The notes beneath the pieces were generated by a model. That model did no database searches and was not told the origin of the DNA. It saw nothing but the letters and a program-made list of their open reading frames with translations. From Eledone cirrhosa (Eukaryota), in the NCBI GenBank assembly GCA_964016885.1, contig OZ024742.1, forward strand, positions 228,842,001 to 228,906,000: DNA of 64,000 nucleotides. The letters are read 5' to 3'. Below are positions 29,465 to 43,565 of this stretch, in pieces. The position numbers were made by a program, and so were the translations under genes. The first letter of the stretch is position 1. Every line of letters starts with the position of its first letter.

Positions 29465-30281
29465 CTCTTTGAATAAATAATGAATGAATTTATGTACTAA
29501 ATTTTGTAGCTGTTGATTAAACATAAATATTCTTATATATAATGATTGCTTATTTTAAGATTTACTTCTTTTAAAATTTTCAAATGTTACACTTCCGGTT
29601 AGCGTCCGTTATATTATAACACATATTACATCGCTTATGTAAACGTTCATATATTTGCATCGTTATATAAGGTTTATATTTTTGTCGCTAATTTTCTTCT
29701 TTTCGTTTTCATAATATGTGCCGTGATGCAGTTTATATATAATATCGTATTTTGTAAATGTATCATGGTTTACTTTACTGATTACAGAAGACAGTGTAAC
29801 ACAGTCTCTCTCTTCAATTTCTGTGCATATTCTCAATTACGATTTTATTTAACGTATCATATCTACATGCATATATATTTGCGCATAATATCAATATGCA
29901 CGCTACACATGCTAGCAGAAAACCACCCGAAAGGTGGTTTTTCTTCTAGTGTATCTAATCTTTGGAGTGCATGATTTGTATGCCTTATATACGAGATTAC
30001 CAGATATATGAACGTCATATAAGCTGGAGAAGTTTCTGTATAACTTAATAGAAAATCCTAATACTTTATGTTGATTACTGACACGTAAAAGTGGTTAAAG
30101 ATAAGAATATTTGAAGAATGTATTTCTTGTATGTTATTTTATATATGTTCAGCAAATGACATACAGAAATAAATGAATGCATAATCTACATTCGAAAGAA
30201 GCACACTAATATACATATGCACACATTAACATACATATGCACACACCAATATACATATGTAGAAAGACATAAACACACACA

Positions 30282-31052
30282 GTCGAATTCTGTGTGAAAC
30301 TCAACAAATATGCCACCGAAACATTTAATTCTTTAACACAAGCTTATGGAGATGCCACGCTATCAAGAAATAAAGTTTTTAAGTGGAACAAAACTTTCAA
30401 AGAGGTCCGAGAAAATGGAAGGTCATTCTGGTCAACAATCGAACAAAAAGTGAAAGTAGAGCGAACGGTGATGGCAAAAGATCATCGATTAAGTGTTAGG
30501 ATGATTGTAGAAGAAACGGGCTTGGATAAAAATGCAGTTGCCAAAACTTTAATAGACCATTTCCACATGCGAAATTTTGTGCAAAACTTGTACCCAAACA
30601 CTTGTCTCTGGAGCAAAAAACGAACTGGCTGGATATTTGTCAGGATTTGTTGGAAATATTGGAAATTGAGCCAAATTTCTTGGATAAAGTAAAAAACATC
30701 TTGGTTGTTTGAGTAAGATCCAGCGACAAAACGGCAAAAGGAGGAGTGGTATAAGAAAAATTCTCCATGTCCGAAGAGAGCACACATGAGCTGATCTAGA
30801 GTGAAAACGTTGATTATTATTTTTATCGACAGCCGTTCTATTGTTCATAAAGAATTCTTATTTCGAGGACAGACAGTTAATCACATCTTCTACAAAGATG
30901 TCTTGGAAAACTTCGAAAACGAGTTCAGGGTGTCCGAAAGGATATTGCAGGTGATTGGGTACTGCACCACGATAACGCGCCTGCTCACAGAGCACTTTCA
31001 ATTAGAGATTTTCTGGTGAAGAAAAACATTCCCCCCTCTTCCACGTCACCCA
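30282..31052 (+). pseudogene. Decayed mariner transposase
   Basis: KLNKYATETF..LTQAYGDATLSR.KVFKW.K.FKE, IFIDSRSIVHKEFL..GQTVN..FYKDVL, and LHHDNAPAH in another frame; frameshifted. Confidence 0.85.
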
Positions 31053-31721
31053 ACTGTAAGTAGTGTCCTATTATATAAAGTACACGACCTATATATTGTA
31101 CGAGAGATAGGTAGAGAAGCTTATTAATCGAATTACTAATAAACCCACATAGGAAAATACTGAGAACCAATAATGAAATATAGCAGAGAAATTTATAGCA
31201 TAAAAGGTAATAATTAATCAATTAATTAGTTAATATTTCAGTCAATCAATTAAATAAAAATGAAAAAATGTAAGAAAGAAAAAAGTGAAATGTGCTGAAA
31301 TGGAAATAAAGGTGATAAGAGTTAACGAATTATAGTGAGTTCAGTTATATTATTACCAGTACCGAAGTAGCAGGTATGCTAAACTGGTGTCTTCCATGGG
31401 TTCTTTGGTCTAGCAGGTCCCGGTAGTCCGCATTTAATTTTCAGGCTGTCTATCCGTCATATGAGGCGAGAGGGGGAGAAAAGTCAGGTTCTATCGGTGA
31501 ATCTCGTTGAAGGTTCCCATGCTATATAAAGGGTATTGCGGGAAAGTAAAAGGTTTTTCCTTTGTATATATGTTAGCTTAGATGTGTCCACTGACAGGAA
31601 TGTCCAATATGTGTACTTTAGTCCTCACGGTAGAGGGATTTTCCGGGGATTACTGATAGTGGAGGCCTTGACTTCATTATATACATCGTTACATCATAGA
31701 GCGCTCAACAGTTAGGAGCTA

Positions 31722-32170
31722 CGAGGGTAATCCCAAAAGTAAGGTCTCCAAAGCGATGGGGACGCAGAGAAACTGTTCGTACAGCTGTTGGCAACACTGT
31801 TGTGATTGGTGCTTCCTTCACTCCCAAACAAGCATGCGCGCGCTTCGCTGGGATGCTCAATCTTGGTTTGGCAGCCGTTGAGAATGGAGCTCCCGTTGAA
31901 CGCTACCGCCAAGTGCGAATTTCGCGCAGTTATTATATACGAGGGCAATCCCAAAATTAAGGTCTCCTTCCGAGGAAAACATGCGTAAAGATTGGTGGAT
32001 CACTCTGGATGCTCACTGCATTTTGGTTCCTGAGGTTTCCCGAAGCACCATCCACAGGATTTTAACGGAAAAGTTGAATATCGGAAGTTGCAATATCGGA
32101 AGGAGACCTTAATTTTGGGATTGTCCTCGTATATTCTTACAGTAAACATGTTGACTAATCGGGATTGCGT
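31722..32170 (+). mobile_element. 5' part of a mariner element interrupted by a same-family MITE
   Basis: TA-CGAGGGTAATCCCAAAAGTAAGGTCTCC TIR at 31720, followed by MELPLNATAKCEFRAVI, a mariner N-terminus. Confidence 0.7.
31940..32129. mobile_element. 190-bp mariner-derived MITE with ~28-bp TIRs and TA target-site duplication
   Basis: TA-CGAGGGCAATCCCAAAATTAAGGTCTCC ... GGAGACCTTAATTTTGGGATTGTCCTCG-TA. Confidence 0.85.
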
Positions 32171-32304
32171 GTGTAACACACCAATCAGGGAATAATGATG
32201 CAATTTGGTTTAAGTATTCAATGTCATGTATTTTCTTCCAAATATGATTTGTCAGTAAGTGACGGAAAATGTACATTTTACTTATTCTACATATACTCCG
32301 CCAC

Positions 32305-32517
32305 ATGTGAGAAAAACCACAGACCCTCCATCTCAACTCTACTTTTGAAAAGCAGAAGAACTGCGAAACCGGTAAAGGAACCAAATAAATATATATATTT
32401 AAAAAAAAAATAAGACTCCAGTTGCATTTTCGATTTCATCTTTTTTTCTTTATACTTTCACTCGTGTAAGGCACCTCGGTTATTTTTCATTTTGTAAAAA
32501 AAACCCTCACTTTCTAA
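32305..32517 (+). mobile_element. Family D element; variant HHR at 32341-32378
   Basis: Same termini and core as 26057-26268. Confidence 0.85.
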
Positions 32518-32562
32518 CACACACACATCTATATATATATATAAATATATATATATATAGAT

Positions 32563-32912
<350 letters not shown>

Positions 32913-33540
32913 AAAAATATATATATATATATATACAGTATTAGTAGGTAAGGCGACACAAACAAGAGATGGACAGTTTCCCTTCGTCAGTTGTCTACTA
33001 CGGGTCACGGATATATTTATATATATGAATATAAATAATATTATATATCTATATCCATACACAGAACAATACGACTTTATTCTTTAGGTTTAAAGATCAA
33101 GTTATAGTTATGGCAATCTTCTCAGATTGTGGACGGTGGTACAAAATGCGTAGAGCGATCAATGTCGTGACCCCGTGTTCAGACACTGGGAAGAGTTCAA
33201 AAATAGCGTTAAACATACATATACGTGTATGTATGTGTACAACAGTCATAACGTACACATTCTCGACATTTTCATAACTTTGCTGTAGCTATACTTCATA
33301 GAACTACTGCATATTTCTTTTTATTACTTCACAGCAATCCTTTACTCCTGTAGCGATCAATAAGATTTATTGCGTAATATACCAGAAGTGGCAGTCAGTC
33401 ATGTAGGCTGAAGGTAGTACGAGTTAGGAGGAGGTGGGGGAAGGTGAGACGATGGAGATTGAAAGATTGTAAAACTCTAGTTAAGCACAATGACGGGGGA
33501 TAGATAGAGGTTTTTTGTGATATATATATATATATATATA

Positions 33541-33720
33541 GGGCTCGATAAGGAAAATATATATCAAATATATAAGAACCGAAGAGCAAATATTTATTAA
33601 ATAACAGATTAAAGTTTAAGCAAAGAATCGCTGCTTTCACCATTAATGGGATCTTCAGAAGATCCCATTAAGGGTGAAAGCAGCGATTCTTTGCTTAAAC
33701 TTTAATCTGTTATTTAATAA

Positions 33721-33777
<57 letters not shown>

Positions 33778-34021
33778 TAAAAAGGAAAAGGACATGCTGC
33801 CAAATTTTTCCATGTGAAATAGGTTAATTAGGAATAAGTATAAATTAGTAATAAGTATTAGTTAGTATTCAGTTTTAGTTTTAAGTTAATGCGCAACCGG
33901 TAAAAACTTAAAACTAAAACTGAATACTAACTAATACTTATTGCTAATTTATACTTATTCCTAATTAAACTATTTCTTACAGGGAAACATTTTTCAGCAT
34001 TTTCTTTTCCTTTTTACTAAT
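33541..34021. mobile_element. Adjacent palindromic inserts: family B (33541-33724) and family E-related (33773-34021)
   Basis: Inversion centres at ~33655 (GGGATCTTCAGAAGATCCC) and ~33888. GCAACCGGTAAAAAC is shared with 11692. Confidence 0.75.
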
Positions 34022-34133
34022 ATATCACAAGTCGTGTGTCAGACCACTATATTATACAAGTATATACAAATCTATATATATATGTACGTATACACACACA
34101 TATTATATATATATACATATACACACACATATG

Positions 34134-34202
<69 letters not shown>

Positions 34203-34326
34203 CTGTATAGTTACATACATATGCATATATATAAACACACACACACACCAGCACACACAGATACGCACACACACATGTATATACAGATACAGATACATAT
34301 ATATGTATATATATCTATATATATCC

Positions 34327-34367
<41 letters not shown>

Positions 34368-34368
34368 T

Positions 34369-34455
<87 letters not shown>

Positions 34456-34462
<7 letters not shown>

Positions 34463-34654
34463 GTGAGGTTTTTTTTACAAAATGAAAAATAACGGAGGTG
34501 CCCTACACGAGTGGAAGTATAAAGAAAACAAGATGAAATCGAAAATGCAACTGGAGTCTTATTTAAAAAAATATATATATATTTATTTGGTTCCTTTACC
34601 GGTTTCGCAGTTCTGCTTTTCAAAAGTAGAGTTGAGATGGAAGGTCTGTGGTTT
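34456..34654 (-). mobile_element. Family D element abutting a PLE 3' end; variant HHR at 34593-34627
   Basis: Reverse complement of family D; stem II loop shortened by 3 nt. Confidence 0.8.
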
Positions 34655-34658
34655 TTAT

Positions 34659-37600
34659 ATCGTTTCTGAATTTGTTTAGCAAGATTCTTTATCTGAAAAC
34701 GTGTGTTGAAACCGATATTGTTATACTTTGGGAGGGTCATGTTGCCAATAAGAAACACACGCACCAGTTGCTTTCACTTCAATTTATTATAATAAATTTA
34801 TAAATTTAGGAATTTATAAATTTCCGGTTGGTTGGTTGGTTCCACAACCAGATGTGACCTCTTCAGTGACTGGGGATTCTTTTCTTTATTTTTGTGCCTC
34901 TCCTTTGTTCTGTCCTACACCATCTTGTTTGTGTGTGTTGTGTGCTTAGTTTGCGCATGTGTTACATCCGGGTGTCTGTGTGTGTTTATATTTGTTTATA
35001 AATTTGTTTACTTACATGTTACTGGTTGGTTGTTTGTTCTATGTGCGTGTGTTTTATTTCATTTTGTCCTTAATTGTAAGTTGTGATGTTGCTGTTCCAT
35101 TCATGTTTTCTATTTAATTTTGGTTGGAGTTCATTTATGTTTATTGCCTCTGTGATTTGTCTAAACATTGCGTCTTTTCTGTGTGTAGATTCTATTTTTA
35201 TTTCTATGTTCTCTAATTTACCCTTATGTTCTATTTTAGCATGTTGGTAAAGTACATAGGATCTTTACTATCTTGAAGGTCTCGCCAGTGTTCATTTATC
35301 CGTTCCCCTATACTACGAGCTGTCTCACCTATGTACACTATATTCTTATCTATACATTGTCCTTCAGTACATCTTATGCTATATACTACATTTCTAGTTT
35401 TACAGTTAATATGGGGGCTTAATTTACAGATTATACATTTCTTATCTATACAGGGAGGTCTTTGAAAAGGGTATGTATTGCTAATAAGTGTTTTTATGGA
35501 GGTACCTCGTCTTTCTACTATCTTAATATTGAGTTTATGTTTATCTAGGGCCCTTCTAAATTTGTAAGCTAATTCATCTCTAGGGGTTGTATCGATGAAC
35601 ATTACACTCTGGTATTTATTACTATCATACCATGAGTTAATTCTATTAACCTTATTCCTAGTTCTTTCTATTCTATTCCAAAATTTGCTCCTATACAAGG
35701 GGCAGGTCCCATTTGTGTCATTATTTATCATTTTTTTCCCATTTGGTTCTGGCTCCTCTATATACTCTGATTTTATCTCTCTGATTGTAACCAGAGAACT
35801 GCATACGGTGGATGAAGTGTTGTATGTGTCTCTCTAGTTCTTTGGGGTTGCACATGCGGGACAGGTTTCTCATCACCCGTACCAAATCCGCAATCAGTAT
35901 GTTGATTTTGGTATGGTCCGAAACAGCTGAGTTTCGGTGGATCAGATATTCGGAAGTCATGGGTTTGGCATAATGGGAATGGAGGAGTTGTTTTTTGTTA
36001 TTAATATTATCTAACCAGAGCTCTGTGTCTAGTACAGGAAATCGATGGTTGGGGTGTTTGCTTGGGTAGTCTATAGTAACTCTAATACTCTGGTGGATGG
36101 AGTTAGCTATTTGCTGGATGCTTTCCATTGTGTTTTTCTCTAATTCCTGACTGTTCTCTAGTGGGGGTGTTTTTACTACGATGTTTATATCATCAACATA
36201 GCGGGAGTACATTATCAGGGTTAAGGGGGTCTTCTAATTGTTCTTTAAGTTTAAGTTTAAGTCTACTGTCCCACCATACCATGAATAGGTTAGCTATGTC
36301 GCCTGCAATGCTAACACCAATGGCTGCTCCCTCCTCTTAGGCATATGTTTTTCCATTAAATTTGAACATATGTTCCTTAAGGGTTAATTTTATGCTGGCC
36401 CCCACCGCATGTGCAATCATTTTCTTTAGTTCATCGTGGTTTTCGGGGGTCCGTATGGCTCTGGTCCACCCGTTCCATCTATCTGTGTGGGTTTTCTTGG
36501 CCATTGAGGTAATGGTAGGTGGTCTGCCTCTTGCTAATCTTGTACGGCACAGGCTGCTAAGGCCATATGTATCTAGATAATTATTACTATAGTAAGTTTA
36601 AGTAGGAGTCCCAGCTCACTGGTATCAATCCCATGGAATTCAACATTGCTCTCACTGATCATTTCTACGCATTTCTCCACAGCAAAATCCACGTCAATAG
36701 ATGGATACAGGGACACAATATCCATACTACCTATTATGCAGTTTATTAGGTCCCTAGATCGGTTACTCTCGCCGATTCTGCTGAGGAGGTCCTCCGTGCT
36801 GTCACATATATCTGGGTACATTTCAATGATGGCGCGTATGATCAGGGAGAGGAAGTAGGAAAGTCTGTAGTTACTAGCAATGTTAGCTCCACAGACTGGC
36901 CGTGTTGGTGGTCCTGTGACAGGGTCACTGCTCGTTTTATGGTCTTTTCGAAGCCCATACAACGCTGGCACGTCATTGTTCCAGGCCTGGAAGTTGTTGG
37001 CAGTCCTTTTGTTGGGCTGCATTATATTTGTTCACATCATCATATGTGCATTGAGGGCTTTTTCCCTATCCTCATGCTCTTGTGGTGTTACTTCTCTTGT
37101 GTTAGTGATGTGGGGTTGCATTGCCTGGATGTAGTTTGACAGACTGTCAACCGACATTCTGCCAGACTTGTCTGTTGGAAAGCATGCAATCTCTCCATTA
37201 CGCGAGCGCTGCATGAGCTTATGCAAGCCATTTGCAGATTTTTCTCCCAGTTGCTTGGCCTTCATTCTATTATGCTTCTTGCTATACTGTTCTATATTAT
37301 TTCTAAGTTTAGATCTAGCTATACTAAATTGTGCTTCTGTTTGTTCATCGACCTCCGACGGCAATTGGGTGCGTTTGTTAAAAGCTAAAGTCGTGGCGTG
37401 GACTCGTCGCAGGTCGAACGACTTACCGGAAGGATTATAAAACGTAGAGTTCCATAGCTGCTGCTTTATGTGTACTAATGCTATTGTTATTGTTAGTTGT
37501 GTTGTTTCTATTTCTATTTCCACCAACAGCCTCGTGGTTGTTTCTATGTCTCTCATTATTACTCCTCTCTCTTTCCTCTGGCTCATTGTTATTATCTACT

Positions 37601-38430
37601 CTATTTTGTGTTTCTGTGTGTTCGTCCTGGTTATTTTATCTGCCCATAGTCTCCATTCTCCTTTCAATCCTATTACCTTCTCTTATTTCTGTGCTACTGT
37701 CATTACCTATTTTCTGTGTCTGTGTGTTTGTTAAGATTGTGGTGGTGGTGAGAGGCATTGAATGTGTGTGTGTTGTTGTTGTTGTTGATGTGTGCTGTTG
37801 TTGACGTATGTTGTTGTTGTTGTCTCCGTGTATGTTATTATTGTTGTGTGTTGTTATTGTTGTTTGTGTCTGCGTGTCTGCTGTTGTTGTTTCTGAGTAT
37901 GTTATTATTGTTGATGTGTGTGTTGTTGTTATCGTTGTTTGTGTCTGTGTGTCTGTTGATGTTGGGATTTGTGTTGTATATGTGTGTGTGTGTGTGTGTG
38001 CGTATGTTACTTTTGTTTTTGTTTTTGAGGCTCCAACGTAATTTTGTAAATGATTTTTCTATTTCTGACAAGCATTTAATCATATTTACCTTATTAAATG
38101 TGGCATACTTAGGTGGTAGTTGTAATATTGATAATTCATCAGAGTCGACGGTAGTGTTGCCGTATATATTTGTGTTGTTGTTGTTGAATTCATCTGTTAA
38201 TGAGATGTCGGCCATATTTATACCGTCAATTTTGTCGGGATATCTTTCGATATTCTCTAAAGTATCTTGATTTAGTTTTATCTGTTTGAGCTACTTTAGT
38301 TTCTTGTTAAAGTGCTTGTCACATTCTTGAACAATTTACTTTTCTTCAAGACATGAGATTTATAAATATAAATTTTTCTCTTGGTGTAGTGATCTTAGTT
38401 ATTTCTTGTATTAGGTTACGCTTATGTTTT
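34659..38430 (-). mobile_element. Penelope-like retroelement (Neptune/Nematis-like), frameshifted RT plus GIY-YIG, with Asn-rich N-terminal region
   Basis: PTDKSGR, LYGLRKDHK..GPPTRPVCGAN, GSMDIVSLYPSI, YSRYVDD, FPVLD, Cx4CxxC linker and VY..YIGETARS are spread over several frames (coding remnants ~35070-38400). Confidence 0.92.
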
Positions 38431-38437
38431 TCTTGAT

Positions 38438-38757
38438 GGGTGTTTGCTTGGGTAGTCTATAGTAACTCTAATACTCTGGTGGATGGAGTTAGCTATTTTC
38501 TGGATGCTTTCCATTGTGTTTTTCTCTAATTCCTGACTGTTCTCTAGTAGGGGTGTTTTTACTACGATGTTTATATCATCAATGTAGCGGGAGTACATTA
38601 TCAGGGTTAAGGGGGTCTTCTAGTTGTTCTTTAAGTTTAAGTTTAAGTCTACTGTCCCACCATACCATGAATAGGTTAGCTATGTCGCCTGCAATGCTAT
38701 CACCAATATCTGCTCCCTCTTCTTGGGCATATGTTTTTCCATTAAATTTGAACATAT
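38438..38757 (-). pseudogene. Extra ~320-bp PLE RT-core fragment homologous to 36052-36372
   Basis: Direct similarity with several substitutions; ends at (TA)n. Confidence 0.85.
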
Positions 38758-38839
38758 GTATATATATATAAGAATATATATATATATTCTGCCTCTATGT
38801 TTGTACTGCCTCTCTGTTTTGTTCCCGTTCCATTTTTCA

Positions 38840-38876
<37 letters not shown>

Positions 38877-38917
38877 ATATATAGATAATATATATATAAT
38901 TATATACATATACATAT

Positions 38918-38995
<78 letters not shown>

Positions 38996-39402
38996 ATATG
39001 TATATATATACATATATATATATATATACATATCTATATATCTATATATATATCTATATATCTATATATATATATATATATATATATATCCATCTTCATA
39101 CACACAAGTTCATTTGTGTGACGTATAATTGTGTATGGTAGAATTTTAGTAGTTTTCGTAGTTTAACCAATATAATTATTTCCGTGCAATGGAGTAAAAG
39201 ATATTAATATATGTGGAGTTGTGGTCAAGTATCGAATATGTTCTACACTATACGATATTTTTTATTTCTGTTAAAAATACCTCATGTTGGTTGATGCGAA
39301 TATATGTGTAGATGTGTGTGTGTGACACTGTCAATGCTGATAGGGTTCCATCGTGATCTATGCATTTTTTTACACATGGTGGAGTATGAATACATCTCTC
39401 TC

Positions 39403-39480
<78 letters not shown>

Positions 39481-39505
39481 GAGAGAGATGTATTCATACT
39501 CCACC

Positions 39506-39574
<69 letters not shown>

Positions 39575-39575
39575 A

Positions 39576-39649
<74 letters not shown>

Positions 39650-39652
<3 letters not shown>

Positions 39653-41143
39653 AAGGAAAAGCGAAGTAGTTTCAGATGTTCAAGCCCTTTAATAATAATT
39701 GTTTCTACTTTAGGCACAAGGCCAGCAAATACCCAGTGCATTACTGGTACTTTATTTTATCGGCCCCGTAAGGATGAAAGGCAAAGTCAACCTTGGCGGG
39801 ATTTGAACTCAGTTCGTAAAGGGACGTAACTATGCTGGAAAGCATGGCGTCCGACCCTCTACCGATACTGCCAATCCAATGGCGAAAGTGGCCACACTGT
39901 TCTGTGCGCCAGTCTCGCACATCGTCAGACAGCTTGTTACATAATAAGGTTATGTTTCCGAGGCAATCCAAATTGAATCGACATAAACCCCTATTTTTCT
40001 GCACCAAATCGCATTTGAACAGAAGCCCCCTCAATTCAACCTATACATGGACAAATTGACAATGATATGGATCATTTTGCATATATGTACTCTGTGTTTT
40101 TGCAATCAATCAATCAATCAATCATTCATTCATTCATTCACTCATTCATTCATTCATTCATTGGTTCTTTTCTTTTGTGTACTTTATATATGTCTTTCTT
40201 AGTCTTGTTCCATGTGATGGAAATTACGACTATGTACCCAATTGACTACTACTCCTAATACTGTAATTTACCCTCAGTTCTACTGTACGGCACCATCGTT
40301 CAGTATGTAGATAGTGTAACTGTCACATTAGGACCCCTTTCAGAACTCCTTACTTAAACATCTCTCTGCATATTATTTACTCACTTCAATCTATATTTTT
40401 TTTACTCACCTCAACCCGGATTCTCACTTGAAAAATCTTTAATTGTTTAATTTCTATTTGTTAATTTTTAATTTATAATTTCTGATACTTGATTTAGGAT
40501 TTTCGATTTTAAATTGTAATTTTTAGTTCTAATTTCACTTATAACTTCCAATATGAAACTATGATACATAGAATTAAAAATATATACTCTTAGGGGTTGA
40601 TGGTCAGTTATTAGTGAGAGGTAGTATAGAGACCTGTAAATACTGACACTCTCCCATCCCCACTGGCTTTCGGCTGACTGCCACAGATGGGATGAGTAGC
40701 AGTAAACTATGGTGCAGGCTTGAATGGGTCATTGTCTGGCTGAGAGAGGGAACGAACTAAGCGAATTTCGTTTAAATCTGCGGTAGCTAATGGTCAACTT
40801 CCCCCTGGACCTGCGCCTGCGCAGACCAGTGGGGGTGAATTGGTACTCACATGGGAACGGATGAAGTACCCAAAAGCACATACTTCGTCCGTTCCCATGT
40901 CGATTCAATTTGGATTGCCTCAAAACATAACCTTATTATGTAACTATCTGACGATGTCGCGAGACTGGCGCACAGAACAGAGTGGCCACTTTCGCCATTG
41001 AAATATATATCACAGCATTATTATTAAAGAACTTGAACATCTGAAAATACTTCGCTTTTCCTTATTCGATATTTACTCCGTCACTCCTACGTGGAATAAG
41101 TACGTTGAGTGCTTGATTTGAATTGCATCAACGTTTACCCTAA
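39650..41143. mobile_element. Family G insert: ~170-bp inverted arms (39650-39984 interrupted by a SINE; 40895-41067) with an HHR-like motif and 3' tail
   Basis: The arms are reverse complements and (TA)n lies on both sides. CTGACGA-tgt(c)gcg...cgcaca-GAAC at 40948; TTGAGTGCTT at 41105. Confidence 0.55.
39694..39877 (-). mobile_element. tRNA-SINE inserted into the family G left arm
   Basis: Consensus match; absent from the right arm. Confidence 0.85.
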
Positions 41144-41353
41144 GATATATATATATATTGTTATACTTGGGGAGGGTCATATTTGTGTAATATTGCCAGA
41201 ATTAATAACAGAACACACTCACTGTTTGGTTGGTTTTCGCTTCTGTGTCTTTTATATCGGTAATCTAATTTATTAGGTCCTCAATGTTGCCATTGACTGA
41301 CCAACGGTCAAAAATACAGATACAATATAGACACAAACACATATATATAGTTT

Positions 41354-41395
41354 ATCAAAATTCTTTCGTTGCACATCTGCAACATCATCAGTGGT
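41354..41395 (-). ncRNA. Type I hammerhead ribozyme in the PLE 3' UTR/pLTR
   Basis: acca-CTGATGA-t-gttgca(gatg)tgcaac-GAAA-gaat-TT-tgat; same sense as the ORF. Confidence 0.72.
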
Positions 41396-42173
41396 GCTAT
41401 TGTTTCCTCCCGTTGCATTTTATTTTCTACGCCATCTTTATTTAGTCTATTTATATATTTATTTATTTGTTTATTTTATTTTGTCTTCTTTGCGCATGCG
41501 TTTGCGTCTGTGTATAGTGTTTTGTTTGATGTGTGTTCGTGATTGGGTGACTGTGTATTGGTAAATGTATTCTATCTTTACTAGTGTGTGTTTATATGTG
41601 TTTGTTGTTATTGTGCTTGTGTATGTATTTATTTATTTATTTATCTAGTTATTTATTTATACTTCTCTTAGGTCAGTGTTGTTTGTTTGGGTGTTGTTGT
41701 TATTCCATTCATTCTTTCTGTTTAGCCTTGGCCTTCTAAATTCTATTTCACTGGCCTCTCTGATTTGCGTATCTGCTGGGTCATTTCTATGTTTAGATAT
41801 TATTCTAATTTCTATGTTGTCTATGTTACCGTCGTGTTGTTGTCTGGGATGTTCGTATAGTACTGAACCGTTTTTTCGTCCTTTTAGTTCCTACCAGTAT
41901 TGGTCTATCCTTTCACCTATGCTACGAGCTGTCTCGCCTATGTATGTTGTTGTCATGTTTCATACATTTCCTATTAGTACAGTGGGTTTTCTTAAAAGGG
42001 TAGGTTTTGCTGATCAGGGATTTTATGGTGGTTCCTGGCTTTTCTACCACCTTAATCTCCAAGTGGGTCTTTCTCAGGGCCTTTCTACACTGGTTAGCTA
42101 ATTTCCCTCCAGGGATAGCGTCCACAAACATGACACTCTGGTATCTCTGGTTGTCGTACCATGAGGTGGCTTT

Positions 42174-43565
42174 CTATATCTTATGTCTAGCCCTATATAA
42201 TCTATTCCATGATTTGCTCCTGTATAATGGGCAAATTCCTTTCATGTCCAGTTCTATGAGGGTCTTATACTTCTCCGTGACTCCTTCGTATACTCTGACT
42301 CTGTCTCTTTGGTTGTAGCCAGAGAACTGCATGCGGTTGATGAAGTGTTGGATGTGTCTTTCCATTTCTGTTGGGTCGCACATACGGGACACATTCTTCA
42401 TCACTCGTACCAAATCTGCGATCAGAATATTAAACTTTGCACTACTGGACATTGCTGAGTTTTTGAGTATCAGGTATTTGGAGGCCATGGCTTTAGCATA
42501 GTGTGAGTGGAGAATTTGGGCTCTCTCGTCTATAGTGTTAATCCAGTGTTCCGTGTCTAATACAGGTAGTCTATTGTTAGGGTGTTTGGAAGGGTAGTCG
42601 ATAGTTACAGTTCTACTTTGGTGTATGGAATTAGCTATCTGCTGGATGCTTTCCATTGTGCTATATTCTAAATCCAACTTGTTAGTGCTCTCTTGTGGGG
42701 ATGTTCTTATAACTATATTGATATCGTCTACGTAACGAGAGTACATGATGAGGTCTATGGAGCTCTCATTAAGGAGATCTTTAAGTCTCCTTTCCCACCA
42801 TACCATAAAAAGGTTGGCAACGTCACCAGCTATGCTGACGCCAATGGCTGCTCCCTCATTTTGGGTGTAGATCTTCTCGTTGAACTTGAATATGTGGCCC
42901 TTTAGGGTAGTTTTGATACTAGCCCCCATTGCATGTGCGACCATTTTTCTTACCTGATCATTGTTTTGGGGGGTCTGTATAGCTTTGGTCCATCCAATCC
43001 ACCTTCCCATGGGAGTCCTTTTAGCCATTGAGGTTATGGTGGGGGGTCTACCTCTTATGGGTCTACTAGGGCAGAAACGTCTAAGGTCATGGCTGTCTAG
43101 GTAGTCAGTGTCGTAGGTAAGTCTAAGTAGGAGGCCCAGTTCGTCTGTGTCGACGTCGCAGAACTCCACCTCACTCTCAATGATCATCACACATTTTTCC
43201 ACAGCAAAATCAATGTTAATGGATGGGTACAGTGATACCACATCCATGCTGCCTATTATGCAGTTGGATAGGTTCCTGTTTTTGTTGCACTCACCGATTC
43301 TGCTGAGGAGGTCCTCTGTACTGTCACATACATCTCGGGACATCTTGATTGTGGGGCGTATAACCATTGACAGGAAGTAGGAGATCCTGTAGTTGCTAGC
43401 TATATTTGCTCCGCATACGGGTCTTGTTGGTGGTCCTGTTGTCGGGTCCTCGACTGCCTTGTGGTCTTTGCGGAGCACATACAAGGGTGGTATGCCATTG
43501 TTAGACGCCTGGAAGTTGTTGGCAGTGCGTCTGCTTGGCTTTAGGATGTCGGTCCACATCATCAT
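42174..43565 (-). pseudogene. PLE reverse transcriptase core and thumb (frameshifted from flanking ORFs)
   Basis: 463-aa open frame with all RT motifs including YVDD. Confidence 0.9.
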
